From NCBI GenBank assembly GCA_944391055.1, contig CALXSF010000001.1:136012-200011 (forward strand): a stretch of DNA of 64,000 nt, given 5' to 3'. Made by a program: the position numbers and the translations under genes. Position 1 is the first letter of the stretch; each line of letters opens with the position of its first letter. Shown piece after piece: positions 8,451 through 16,640 of this stretch. The stretch is from an uncultured Kiritimatiellota bacterium (lineage in GTDB: Bacteria > Verrucomicrobiota > Kiritimatiellia > RFP12 > DVOR01). The notes beneath the pieces are model-generated. The model did no database searches. It had not been told where the DNA came from and saw nothing but the letters and a program-made list of their open reading frames with translations.

Positions 8451-9292
8451 GGCCGGCGGCGTTGGCGCTGCTGGCGGCGCTGGCCGCCGCCGTGGGGTGG
8501 GGGGAGGATGCGGGGCCGCCGCGGATGGACGCGGCGCAGCGGGCCGCCTTCGAGAAGCGCTACGGGCCGTTGTTCTATGGCGTGGAGCTGCCGCGGACCG
8601 GCGCGCGGGTGCTGTTGGTGGCGGACGTCTCCAAGTCGATGGCGCTGCGGGACGGTTCGCGCAAGGACGGCGGGCGGCGGTGGGACACGCTGATCGACGA
8701 GGTGGCCCAGATGGCCGAGACCATGGGGCGGCTCTCCGAGGGCGGGCGGGTCTGCTACACCGTCTCGGTGCTTTACGAGGGGGGCGATGAGCGGCACGGG
8801 GGGACGGAGCCGTTCGATCTGGCACGGCCCGGCGAGGCGGAGCGGCTGTTGGGGGAGCTGCGGGGGCGGGGCTTCGTCTCCGGCGGGAGCTTCGACCATA
8901 CCTTCGGGGAGACGCTTTGGCCGTTGGTGGCGCGTCAGCACATCACGCATATCTTTTATCTGGGCGACGACGACATCGGCCGTTATGGCGCGGAGCCCGC
9001 CCGCAAGGCCGTGTCGGCGTGGTACGCGCTGCCGCGCAAGGACCCCGCCCCCGACCAGCGGGCGCTGTGGGAGACGAAGGTGGCGTGGTGGAAGCCGTGG
9101 GGGCAGCGGCGGCGCGCCGCGCGCGGGGCCCCGGCCTTTAGGGAGGCGCTGCGCCTGCCGCCGCCCCCGCGCGACGTCGTCTTCTCCTGCGTGGCCATCG
9201 GGCAGCCCTCCGAACTGCTCAGGGAGTTGGCGGGGCTGGGGCGCGGCGAGTACGTGGAGCGGCTTTCGGGGCGCCGGCGGGCGAAGGAGTGA
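8447..9292 (+). CDS. Secreted hypothetical protein with a vWA/MIDAS-like motif
   Basis: Signal peptide MRPAALALLAALAAAVGWG; FYGVEL...RVLLVADVSKSM (DxSxS); IFYLGDD; ATGA overlap with the patB stop. Confidence 0.55.
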   Translation: MRPAALALLAALAAAVGWGEDAGPPRMDAAQRAAFEKRYGPLFYGVELPRTGARVLLVADVSKSMALRDGSRKDGGRRWDTLIDEVAQMAETMGRLSEGGRVCYTVSVLYEGGDERHGGTEPFDLARPGEAERLLGELRGRGFVSGGSFDHTFGETLWPLVARQHITHIFYLGDDDIGRYGAEPARKAVSAWYALPRKDPAPDQRALWETKVAWWKPWGQRRRAARGAPAFREALRLPPPPRDVVFSCVAIGQPSELLRELAGLGRGEYVERLSGRRRAKE

Positions 9293-9311
9293 GGGGCGGC
9301 GCGCGGGTGGG

Positions 9312-9340
9312 TTGCGCGGGCGCGGCGGGTGTTGTATCCT
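9312..9340 (+). promoter_or_regulatory. Sigma70-type promoter upstream of hydG
   Basis: TTGCGC-N17-TATCCT. Confidence 0.5.
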
Positions 9341-9424
9341 ATTGCGGTTTTTGCCCCATGGTGGCGCGCGGCACGTCCGCGCAAAGCAGGAAAAGGCGCG
9401 CCCAGGCAAAGGAGTGAGAGAAGC

Positions 9425-10849
9425 ATGTATCAGATGGACACAAGGTTGCCCGCCGACGCGACGGACTTCATCGACGACGCCAAATTGGAGGCGATGGTCG
9501 CCGGGCTTCGGGAGGATCCCGAGGCGGTGCGGCGCGTCATCGCCAAGAGCCTGCGCAAGGAGGCGCTGACCGTCGAGGAGACGGCGACGCTGCTGGGCGC
9601 GGAGAGCCCGGAGTTGGTGGAGGAGATTTTCGAGGCCGCGCGCACGCTCAAGCGCGAGGTCTACGGCAACCGCATCGTCTTCTTCGCGCCGCTCTATGTG
9701 GGGAACTTCTGCACGAACGACTGCAAGTACTGCGGGTTCCGCCGGTCGCTGACCAGCGCGGTGCGCCACACGCTCTCGGACGAGGAGCTGACGCGGGAGG
9801 TGGAGGCGCTGGAGGATCTGGGGCACAAGCGCCTGATCCTGGTCTATGGCGAGAGCCCGAAATACGACCCCGACTTCATCGCGCACACCACGCGCCTGGT
9901 CTACGCCACCAAGAAGGGACGCGGGGAGATCCGCCGCGTGAACATCAACGCCGCCCCGCTCGACGAGGCCGGCTTCCGCACCGTCAAGGCCGCCGGCATC
10001 GGCACCTATCAGATCTTCCAGGAGACTTACCACAAGCGGACTTACGCCCAGTGGCACCCCGCCGGGACCCAAAAGGCCGACTACATGTGGCGCCTCAATG
10101 CCTTCGACCGCGCCTTCCGCGCCGGCATCGACGACATGGGGCTCGGCGTGCTCTTCGGCCTCTATGACTGGCGCTTCGAGGTGTTGGCGATGGTGACGCA
10201 CGCGCGTTACCTTCAGGCCAAGTTCGGCGTGGGGCCGCACACCCTCAGCTTCCCGCGCATCAAGCCCGCCGAGGGGTTGGCGCTGAATCTGGAGTATCAG
10301 GTGACCGACGCGCAGTACAAACGCCTCGTCGCCATCCTTCGGCTGGCCGTCCCGTACACCGGGCTGATCATGACGGCCCGCGAGCCCGCGGCGCTCCGTC
10401 GCGAGGTGCTGGCCTTCGGCGTCTCGCAGATCGACGCGGGCACGAAGCTCGAAATCGGCGGCTACAACCAGAAGCGCAGCCGGGAGGGCGAGCAGACGCT
10501 CAACCGCGAGCAGTTCCAGGTGGGCGACACGCGCAGCCTCGACGCGGTCATCGGCGAAATCCTCGAGGGCGGCTACATCCCCAGCTTCTGCACCAGTTGC
10601 TATCGGCTGGGGCGCACCGGCGAGCATTTCATGGAATACGCCATCCCCGGCTTCATCGGCAAGTTCTGCACGCCGAACGCCATCATGACCCTGGCCGAGT
10701 ACCTCGAGGACTACGCCTCCCCCGAGACCAAGGCCAAGGGCCTGGCCGTCATCGAGCGCGAGGCCGCGAGGCTTGACCCCAAACTCCGTGAGGAGGTCGG
10801 GCGCCGCCTCGCGCGCATCCACGCCGGCGAGCGCGACCTTTACTTTTAA
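9425..10849 (+). CDS. hydG: [FeFe]-hydrogenase H-cluster radical SAM maturase HydG
   Basis: YGNRIVFFAPLYVGNFCTNDCKYC (CxxxCxxC), FQETYH, GPHTLSFPRI, and the C-terminal auxiliary-cluster motif CTSCYR...FC (Cx2Cx22C) that distinguishes HydG from ThiH. Confidence 0.92.
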   Translation: MYQMDTRLPADATDFIDDAKLEAMVAGLREDPEAVRRVIAKSLRKEALTVEETATLLGAESPELVEEIFEAARTLKREVYGNRIVFFAPLYVGNFCTNDCKYCGFRRSLTSAVRHTLSDEELTREVEALEDLGHKRLILVYGESPKYDPDFIAHTTRLVYATKKGRGEIRRVNINAAPLDEAGFRTVKAAGIGTYQIFQETYHKRTYAQWHPAGTQKADYMWRLNAFDRAFRAGIDDMGLGVLFGLYDWRFEVLAMVTHARYLQAKFGVGPHTLSFPRIKPAEGLALNLEYQVTDAQYKRLVAILRLAVPYTGLIMTAREPAALRREVLAFGVSQIDAGTKLEIGGYNQKRSREGEQTLNREQFQVGDTRSLDAVIGEILEGGYIPSFCTSCYRLGRTGEHFMEYAIPGFIGKFCTPNAIMTLAEYLEDYASPETKAKGLAVIEREAARLDPKLREEVGRRLARIHAGERDLYF

Positions 10850-10874
10850 CCTCCAACCATCCAAGGACCCACAC

Positions 10875-11588
10875 ATGGACACCCAAGCCCTACAGGCACT
10901 CCAAGAGGAAGACGGCCGCCTGCGCGACCTGCAGCGCGAACTCAAGATCCTGCTCCCCAAGCGCCGCGCCGAGGCCAAGGCGCGCCTTCAGGCCGCGCAG
11001 GACGCCGTGGAGGCGGCCGTCCAGGAAAACCTGGCGGCCGAACGCGAGTACCGCCGCTACGCCCGTGACTACGACCGCCAGCGCGAGCGCATGGCCCGCG
11101 CCGAGCGCAACGCCAGCGGCCAGACCAGCGCGCGCGCCCTCTTCGCCGCCGACAAGGAGCACCGCGACGCCGCCGAGGCCTCGCAGGCCGCCCTGGCCGG
11201 CGCCGCCGAGGCCGACGCCGCCCGCTCCCCCACCGAGCGCAAGCTGGACGCCGCCCGCAAGTTCGAGCTTGAGGAAGAGGACGCCGTCCGCGAGATCTTC
11301 GCCATGCTCGACGCGCGCAAGCAGCAGGTCGAGGCCGAGGAGGAGAAGGTCAAGGCCCGCCGCGACGAGCTGGCCCAGGCCGTCCCCGCCGGGCAGCTCC
11401 GCTATTACGAGCGCCTCCGCCTCACCCGCTGGCCCTGCCTCTCCGTCTTCAACCGCGCGGAGGGCGTCTGCACCGGCTGCAACCTCGTCCAGCCCCCCTC
11501 CGTCGCCCAGGCCGTCGCCCACGCCGACAAAGACCCCGCCGGCTCGGCCATGGTGACCTGCCCGGCCTGCGGCCGTATCCTGATCTGA
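10875..11588 (+). CDS. Coiled-coil protein with C-terminal C4 zinc ribbon (DUF164 family)
   Basis: Long heptad helical region followed by CTGCNL...VTCPACGRILI. Confidence 0.82.
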   Translation: MDTQALQALQEEDGRLRDLQRELKILLPKRRAEAKARLQAAQDAVEAAVQENLAAEREYRRYARDYDRQRERMARAERNASGQTSARALFAADKEHRDAAEASQAALAGAAEADAARSPTERKLDAARKFELEEEDAVREIFAMLDARKQQVEAEEEKVKARRDELAQAVPAGQLRYYERLRLTRWPCLSVFNRAEGVCTGCNLVQPPSVAQAVAHADKDPAGSAMVTCPACGRILI

Positions 11589-11594
11589 CCCCTT

Positions 11595-11945
11595 TCGCCG
11601 AGGCGGCCAATCGCCCGGGCCCGTCCCGGGAGGAAAGTCCGGACTCCACAGAGCGGGAAGGCCGGCTGTAATGGTCGGCGGGCGCGGGGCGAACCCGCGC
11701 GACGGAAAGTGCCACAGAAACAGACCGCCGCCCTCGGGCGGCAAGGGTGAAAAGGTGGGGCAAGAGCCCACCGGCGCTCGGCGAAAGCCGGCGTGTCAAG
11801 GCAAACCCCTTCCGGAGCAAGCCCAAATAGGCGGAGAGGCGCTGCTCGCGCCGCCAACGGCCGCAAGGCCGCATCCGCGGGTTGGGTGCTTAGTGTGATG
11901 ATTGGCGCCCGCAAGGGAACAGAACTCGGCTTACAGCCTCGGCGA
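11595..11945 (+). ncRNA. rnpB: RNase P RNA (type A), apparently lacking helix P18
   Basis: GAGGAAAGTCCGGACTCCACAG, GAAAGTGCCACAGAAA, GGGTGAAAAGGTG, GCAAACCCC...GGAGCAAG and ACAGAACTCGGCTTA. P1 is TCGCCGAGGC/GCCTCGGCGA; the P6 pseudoknot is GAGCGG/CTGCTC. Confidence 0.96.
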
Positions 11946-11947
11946 TC

Positions 11948-11981
11948 GCCCCGATGGGACAACCTCCCGTCGGGGCTTTTT
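11948..11981 (+). terminator. Intrinsic terminator after rnpB
   Basis: GCCCCGATGGGA-loop-TCCCGTCGGGGC followed by TTTTT. Confidence 0.8.
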
Positions 11982-12038
11982 CGTCCCGTCGCCGCGGGCC
12001 CGGGCGCGCGCGGCGTCGGGGGCGGGGCGGAAAAAGGG

Positions 12039-12067
12039 TTGCGCGGCGGGCGTGCGCATTGTATAAT
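12039..12067 (+). promoter_or_regulatory. Sigma70 promoter for tRNA-Arg and the macAB-like operon
   Basis: TTGCGC-N17-TATAAT; a second candidate, TTGCGG-N17-GATACT, lies at 12096-12124. Confidence 0.65.
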
Positions 12068-12133
12068 GCACCCCACTTTCGCCCGAAAAGGGGCTTTGCG
12101 GAAGGGGCGGAAGTGTGGGATACTGTCTTTGAG

Positions 12134-12209
12134 CGCCCTGTAGCTCAGTGGATAGAGCAGCGGTTTCCTAAACCGCGTGTCGCAGGTTCGATTCCTGTCT
12201 GGGCGACCA
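12134..12209 (+). tRNA. tRNA-Arg (anticodon CCT)
   Basis: Cloverleaf with D-arm GCTCAGTGGATAGAGC, anticodon arm GCGGT-TTCCTAA-ACCGC, T-arm GCAGG-TTCGATT-CCTGT and encoded CCA. Confidence 0.95.
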
Positions 12210-12235
12210 TTTCGATGACTTGCGGAGTGAGACAG

Positions 12236-13504
12236 ATGAAGAAAATCGCAGCGATCGTGGCGGTGTTGGCCCTCGCCGGGGGCGGGGTTTGGTGGTGGCT
12301 GGCGCGCCCGAAGGCGGAGGCCGCGCCCGTGGCCTACAAGACGGTGCCGCTGAAGACCGGCCAGGCGACGCAGACCATCCGCGCGACGGGCACCATCGAG
12401 CCGGAGGACCTGATCGACATCGGCGCGCAGATCACGGGCCAGATCATGGCCTTCGGCAAGGACGTGGACGGGAACGAGGTGGATTATTGCTCGGTGGTGA
12501 AGAAGGGGCAGCTGCTGGCGCGCATCGACGACGTGACGTACAAGGCGGAGGTGACCATCGCCAAGGCGACGCTCACGAGCGCGGAGGCGCAGCTCTCCAG
12601 CGCGAAGGCCGATGTGACGCAGTCGACGGCCAGCCTGCGCCAGGCGGAGCGCGATTGGGCCCGCGCCCAGAAGCTGGGCGTCGGCGACGCGCTCTCGCAG
12701 AAGGATTACGACGCCTATCAGAGCGCCTACGAGGTGGCGGCGGCGAACCTGGACGTGAGCAAGGCGCAGGTGGAGCAGGCGGAGGCGGCCATCGCGCAGG
12801 CGCAGGCGCAGCTGGAGAAGGCCGAGCGGAACCTGTCGTATTGCGACATCCTGTCGACGGTGGACGGGGTGATCATCGACCGGCGCGTGAACATCGGCCA
12901 GACGGTGACGGCCTCGATGAGCACGCCGTCGCTCTTCCTAGTGGCGAAGGACCTCAAAAAGATCGAAATCTGGGTGCCGGTGAACGAGGCGGACATCGGG
13001 TCGATCCGCGTGGGGCAGGAGGTGCGCTTCACGGTGGACGCCTTCGCGAACCGGGAGTTCAAGGGGAAGGTGGGGCGCATCCGCCTGAACGCGACGATGA
13101 CCTCGAACGTGGTGACGTACACGGTGGAGGTGGTGACGGACAACCCGGACGGCCTGCTCCTGCCGTACCTGACGGCGATCGTGAGCTTCATCCTCGACGA
13201 ATCCCCGGCGGACGCGCTGCTGGCGCCGGTGGCGGCGATGAGCTGGCGGCCGGAGGGGTGGGAGACGCCCGAGGCGTTGGTGGGCAAGGATTTGGTCTTC
13301 GTGCAGGACGCCTCGGGGCGGCCCCGCCCGGTGCCGGTGAAGGTCGGCGTCTCCGACGACGTGAACGTGGCCATTGAGACCGACGCCCTGCAGCCGGGCG
13401 ACGTGGTGATCACCGGCACGCTCACGCCCATCGAGGTGCAGCAGGCCTCCACCGCCGGGAAGAACCCCTTCCTGCCGCAGCCGCCGAAACGCCGCCGTCG
13501 CTGA
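12236..13504 (+). CDS. Periplasmic adaptor subunit (MacA/HlyD-like membrane fusion protein)
   Basis: N-terminal TM anchor; ATGTIEP, GAQITGQI, coiled-coil hairpin, STVDGVIIDRRVNIGQTV, VNEADIG and FTVDAF. Confidence 0.9.
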   Translation: MKKIAAIVAVLALAGGGVWWWLARPKAEAAPVAYKTVPLKTGQATQTIRATGTIEPEDLIDIGAQITGQIMAFGKDVDGNEVDYCSVVKKGQLLARIDDVTYKAEVTIAKATLTSAEAQLSSAKADVTQSTASLRQAERDWARAQKLGVGDALSQKDYDAYQSAYEVAAANLDVSKAQVEQAEAAIAQAQAQLEKAERNLSYCDILSTVDGVIIDRRVNIGQTVTASMSTPSLFLVAKDLKKIEIWVPVNEADIGSIRVGQEVRFTVDAFANREFKGKVGRIRLNATMTSNVVTYTVEVVTDNPDGLLLPYLTAIVSFILDESPADALLAPVAAMSWRPEGWETPEALVGKDLVFVQDASGRPRPVPVKVGVSDDVNVAIETDALQPGDVVITGTLTPIEVQQASTAGKNPFLPQPPKRRRR

Positions 13505-13518
13505 GGGGAGGCCCGCGC

Positions 13519-14220
13519 ATGAGCGACTGCCTGATCGAGCTGAAGGAGCTCACGAAGTCCTACAAGCTGGGCGACGTGGACGTGCCCGTGCTCAAGGGTA
13601 TCTCGATGAAGATCCGCGAGGGGACGCTCCTGGCCCTGATGGGGCCTTCGGGCGGCGGGAAATCCACCCTCATGAACATCCTCGGCTTCCTGGACACCTC
13701 GTCGGGCGGGCAGTATCTGCTGGACGGCCGGGACGTCACGACCCTTTCGGCGAACGCGCGCGCGGATCTGCGCAACGCGCGCATCGGCTTCGTCTTCCAG
13801 AACTTCAACCTTCTGGCGCGCACCTCCGCGCTGAAGAACGTGCTCATGCCCTTGGAGTATGCCAAGCATCGGCGCGGCGCGCGCGAGGAGCGCGCCTGGG
13901 CCGAGAGCCTGTTGCGGCGCGTGGGGCTGGGCGACCGCATGGAGCACCAGCCCTCGCAGATGTCCGGCGGGCAGCAGCAGCGCGTGGCCATCGCCCGCGC
14001 GCTGGTGAACCGCCCGAAGATCCTGTTCGCGGACGAGCCGACGGGCAACCTGGACTCGAAGACCTCGGAGGAGGTGCTCCGGATGTTCCAGGAGCTGAAC
14101 GAGCAGGAGGGCATCACCATCGTGCTGGTGACGCACTCGCCCGAGGTGGGCGCCTTCGCCAAGGAGGCCTACCATATCAAGGACGGCCTCATCGTGGGCG
14201 GGACGTACGACGAGAAGTGA
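13519..14220 (+). CDS. ABC transporter ATP-binding protein (MacB/LolD-like)
   Basis: [37 protein letters not shown] and [10 protein letters not shown]. Confidence 0.93.
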   Translation: MSDCLIELKELTKSYKLGDVDVPVLKGISMKIREGTLLALMGPSGGGKSTLMNILGFLDTSSGGQYLLDGRDVTTLSANARADLRNARIGFVFQNFNLLARTSALKNVLMPLEYAKHRRGAREERAWAESLLRRVGLGDRMEHQPSQMSGGQQQRVAIARALVNRPKILFADEPTGNLDSKTSEEVLRMFQELNEQEGITIVLVTHSPEVGAFAKEAYHIKDGLIVGGTYDEK

Positions 14221-14230
14221 GGGCCGCGCC

Positions 14231-15607
14231 ATGTTCCTGCTTTCCCAGATCGCCTCCGCCTTCGTCTCCCTGCGGCGCAACGTCCTGCGCTCGCTCCTCA
14301 CCATGCTGGGCATCGTCATCGGCGTGGCCGTCGTCATCACCATGATGGAGATCGGCGCCGGGGCCTCGAAGTCCATCAAGGACTCCATCTCCAACATGGG
14401 CACCAACGTGATGATGATTTGGCCGTGGGCCGTCAAGACGGCCGGCATCAGCTCCGGGTCGGGCGGCTCCGTGCGCCTCACCGAGCAGGACTGCGCCGCC
14501 ATCGAGGCCGAATGCCTTTCCGTCGAGGCCGTCACCCCTTCCCTCTCCCGCCGCGGTATCCAGGCCGTCGCCGGCAACCGGAACTGGACGCCGTTCACGG
14601 TCTACTCCGGCAACGAGAAGTACTTCACCGTCCAATCGTGGAAGACCCCCGCCAGCGGGCGCTACTTCACCAAGCGCGAGGTCGACGTCGCCGCCTGCGT
14701 CTGCGTCATCGGCCAGACCGTCAAGCGCGAGCTTTTCCCCGACGTGGACCCCGTTGGCAGGGACATCCAGCTGCGCGGCGTCCTCTTCCGCGTCATCGGC
14801 GTGCTCCCCGTCAAGGGCGCCAACATGATGGGCATGGATCAGGACGACACCGTCATCGTCCCGTGGACCACCATGCGCCAGCGCCTCTCCAACTCCGGCG
14901 GCTCGGCCACCGGCTCGTCCGGCTCCTCCTCGAACTCCTCCGAGACCACCTCCGACACGAGCGACGTCTACCCCTCCACCTCCGCCTCCATCTACCCCGC
15001 GCGCGATTCCGTCCAGGCGCAGAACTACCCGCTCCCCGTCCGCTTCCGCAACGTCAATCAGATCACCGTCTCGGCCAAGACGCCCGAGCAGGTGCCCGAC
15101 GCCATCGAGCAGATCACGCAGGTGCTTCGCCGCCGCCACGGCATCCAGCCCGGCGAGGAGGACGACTTCGTCATCCGCGACATGTCCGAGATGCTCAAGA
15201 CGATGACCGCCACCAGCGGGCTCATGTCCATGCTCCTGCTCATCGTCGCGTTGCTCTCCCTCGTCGTCGGCGGCGTCGGGATCATGAACATCATGCTCGT
15301 GAGCGTCACCGAGCGCACGCGCGAGATTGGGCTGCGCATGGCCGTCGGCGCGCGCGGCAGCCGCATCCTCGCGCAATTCCTCACCGAGTCCGTCCTGCTC
15401 TGCCTGCTTGGCGGGCTTGTCGGCATCGCGGTCGGCCGCTGCGCCAGCATGATCATCGCGCGCGTGCTCGGCTGGCCCGTCAGCGTCTCCATTGGCGCCA
15501 TCGTCATCTCGGCGGGCGTCTCCGCGGCCATCGGCGTCGTGTTCGGATTCTATCCCGCTTGGCGCGCCAGCCGCCTCAACCCGATCGACGCGCTCCGCCA
15601 CGAATGA
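14231..15607 (+). CDS. ABC transporter permease (MacB/FtsX family)
   Basis: RSLLTMLGIVIGVAVV, VGGVGIMNIMLVSVTERTREIGLRMAVGA and YPAWRASRLNPIDALRHE. Confidence 0.93.
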   Translation: MFLLSQIASAFVSLRRNVLRSLLTMLGIVIGVAVVITMMEIGAGASKSIKDSISNMGTNVMMIWPWAVKTAGISSGSGGSVRLTEQDCAAIEAECLSVEAVTPSLSRRGIQAVAGNRNWTPFTVYSGNEKYFTVQSWKTPASGRYFTKREVDVAACVCVIGQTVKRELFPDVDPVGRDIQLRGVLFRVIGVLPVKGANMMGMDQDDTVIVPWTTMRQRLSNSGGSATGSSGSSSNSSETTSDTSDVYPSTSASIYPARDSVQAQNYPLPVRFRNVNQITVSAKTPEQVPDAIEQITQVLRRRHGIQPGEEDDFVIRDMSEMLKTMTATSGLMSMLLLIVALLSLVVGGVGIMNIMLVSVTERTREIGLRMAVGARGSRILAQFLTESVLLCLLGGLVGIAVGRCASMIIARVLGWPVSVSIGAIVISAGVSAAIGVVFGFYPAWRASRLNPIDALRHE

Positions 15608-15695
15608 GCCGTCCCGGGGCGCGGCGGCGCCTGCGGCGCTTTGCTTTGGGTGCGGGGTTCTGCTATACTAAAGCAAACCTTGACGGGAGAACCCA

Positions 15696-16637
15696 ATGAG
15701 CGACGAGCAACCGAAGAAGGGATCCAAGAAGAAGCGCGTGGTTTGCGGCCTTTGCGTGGCGGCGGTTTGGCTGGTCGCCATCTTCCTGTTGCCGATCTGG
15801 GCCTTGGCCGGGCTGATCGCCGTCTCCGCGGGCGTTTGCCTGTACGAGCTCTGCGCGATGCTGCGGAAGGCTGGCTACGCGCTCCCCTTCGGCGCGTTGG
15901 CGGTGGCCACGGCGGGTTGGTTCGGGCTGGCCTATTGGCTCATTCTTCGGCAGGGCGTGGAGGGGCTGCTGCCCTTGGCGGCGGCGTTCCCGATCTTCGT
16001 CATGGCGCTCTTCTTCCGCGTGCTTTTGGATGGCCGCGTCCAAAAGCCGATGGAGACGGCGGCGTTGACGGCGGCCGCCTTCGTCTACATCCCCTTCATG
16101 CTTTCCTTCCTGCTGCCCATCGCGATGGGTGGCGCGCGGGAGCTTGACGGCACGCTCACGCATTCCCATTCCCCGGGGATTTTCCTGGCCTTCGCGCTGA
16201 TCCTTGTCACCAAGCTCTCGGACACGGGCGGGTATTTCGTCGGCACGGCCCTCGGCAGGCACAAGATGTGCCCGCGCCTCTCCCCCGGGAAGAGCTGGGA
16301 GGGCACCGTCGGCGGCTATGCGTTCTCGTTCGTCGGCGCGGGGCTGGTCATCGGCGCCGCCCGCCTTTGGCCGGACGCGGTCTGCCTGGGGGCGGTGCGC
16401 GCGCTGACGGACTCGCCGGCGGCGGTGGCCTGGGCGTTCCTCACGGTGGCGGTGATCGTGACCGTCGGGATCTGCGGCGATTTGCTGGAGTCGCTCTTCA
16501 AGCGGCAGTGCGGCGTGAAAGATTCCTCCGCGCTCTTCCCCGCGATGGGCGGGTTCTTCGACACCTTTGACAGCATCATCTTTGTCCCGGCCACGTTTCT
16601 CTTCATGGCGATGGTGGGCGAATCCCTGCTTGGCTGA
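15696..16637 (+). CDS. cdsA: Phosphatidate cytidylyltransferase
   Basis: SDTGGYFVG, PRLSPGKSWEG, GDLLESLFKRQCGVKDS and GGFFDTFDS; TGCTATACT extended -10 at about 15661. Confidence 0.92.
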   Translation: MSDEQPKKGSKKKRVVCGLCVAAVWLVAIFLLPIWALAGLIAVSAGVCLYELCAMLRKAGYALPFGALAVATAGWFGLAYWLILRQGVEGLLPLAAAFPIFVMALFFRVLLDGRVQKPMETAALTAAAFVYIPFMLSFLLPIAMGGARELDGTLTHSHSPGIFLAFALILVTKLSDTGGYFVGTALGRHKMCPRLSPGKSWEGTVGGYAFSFVGAGLVIGAARLWPDAVCLGAVRALTDSPAAVAWAFLTVAVIVTVGICGDLLESLFKRQCGVKDSSALFPAMGGFFDTFDSIIFVPATFLFMAMVGESLLG

Positions 16638-16640
16638 TTT

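Noticed and set aside
9425-10849. ThiH (thiazole biosynthesis) assignment
   Set aside because: The C-terminal Cx2Cx22C auxiliary-cluster extension is present and no thi genes are adjacent, which fits HydG.
12134-12235. tRNA-Arg genes as island integration sites (also 26776-26875)
   Set aside because: No integrase, no duplicated tRNA 3' end and no compositional break; housekeeping or transport genes follow directly.
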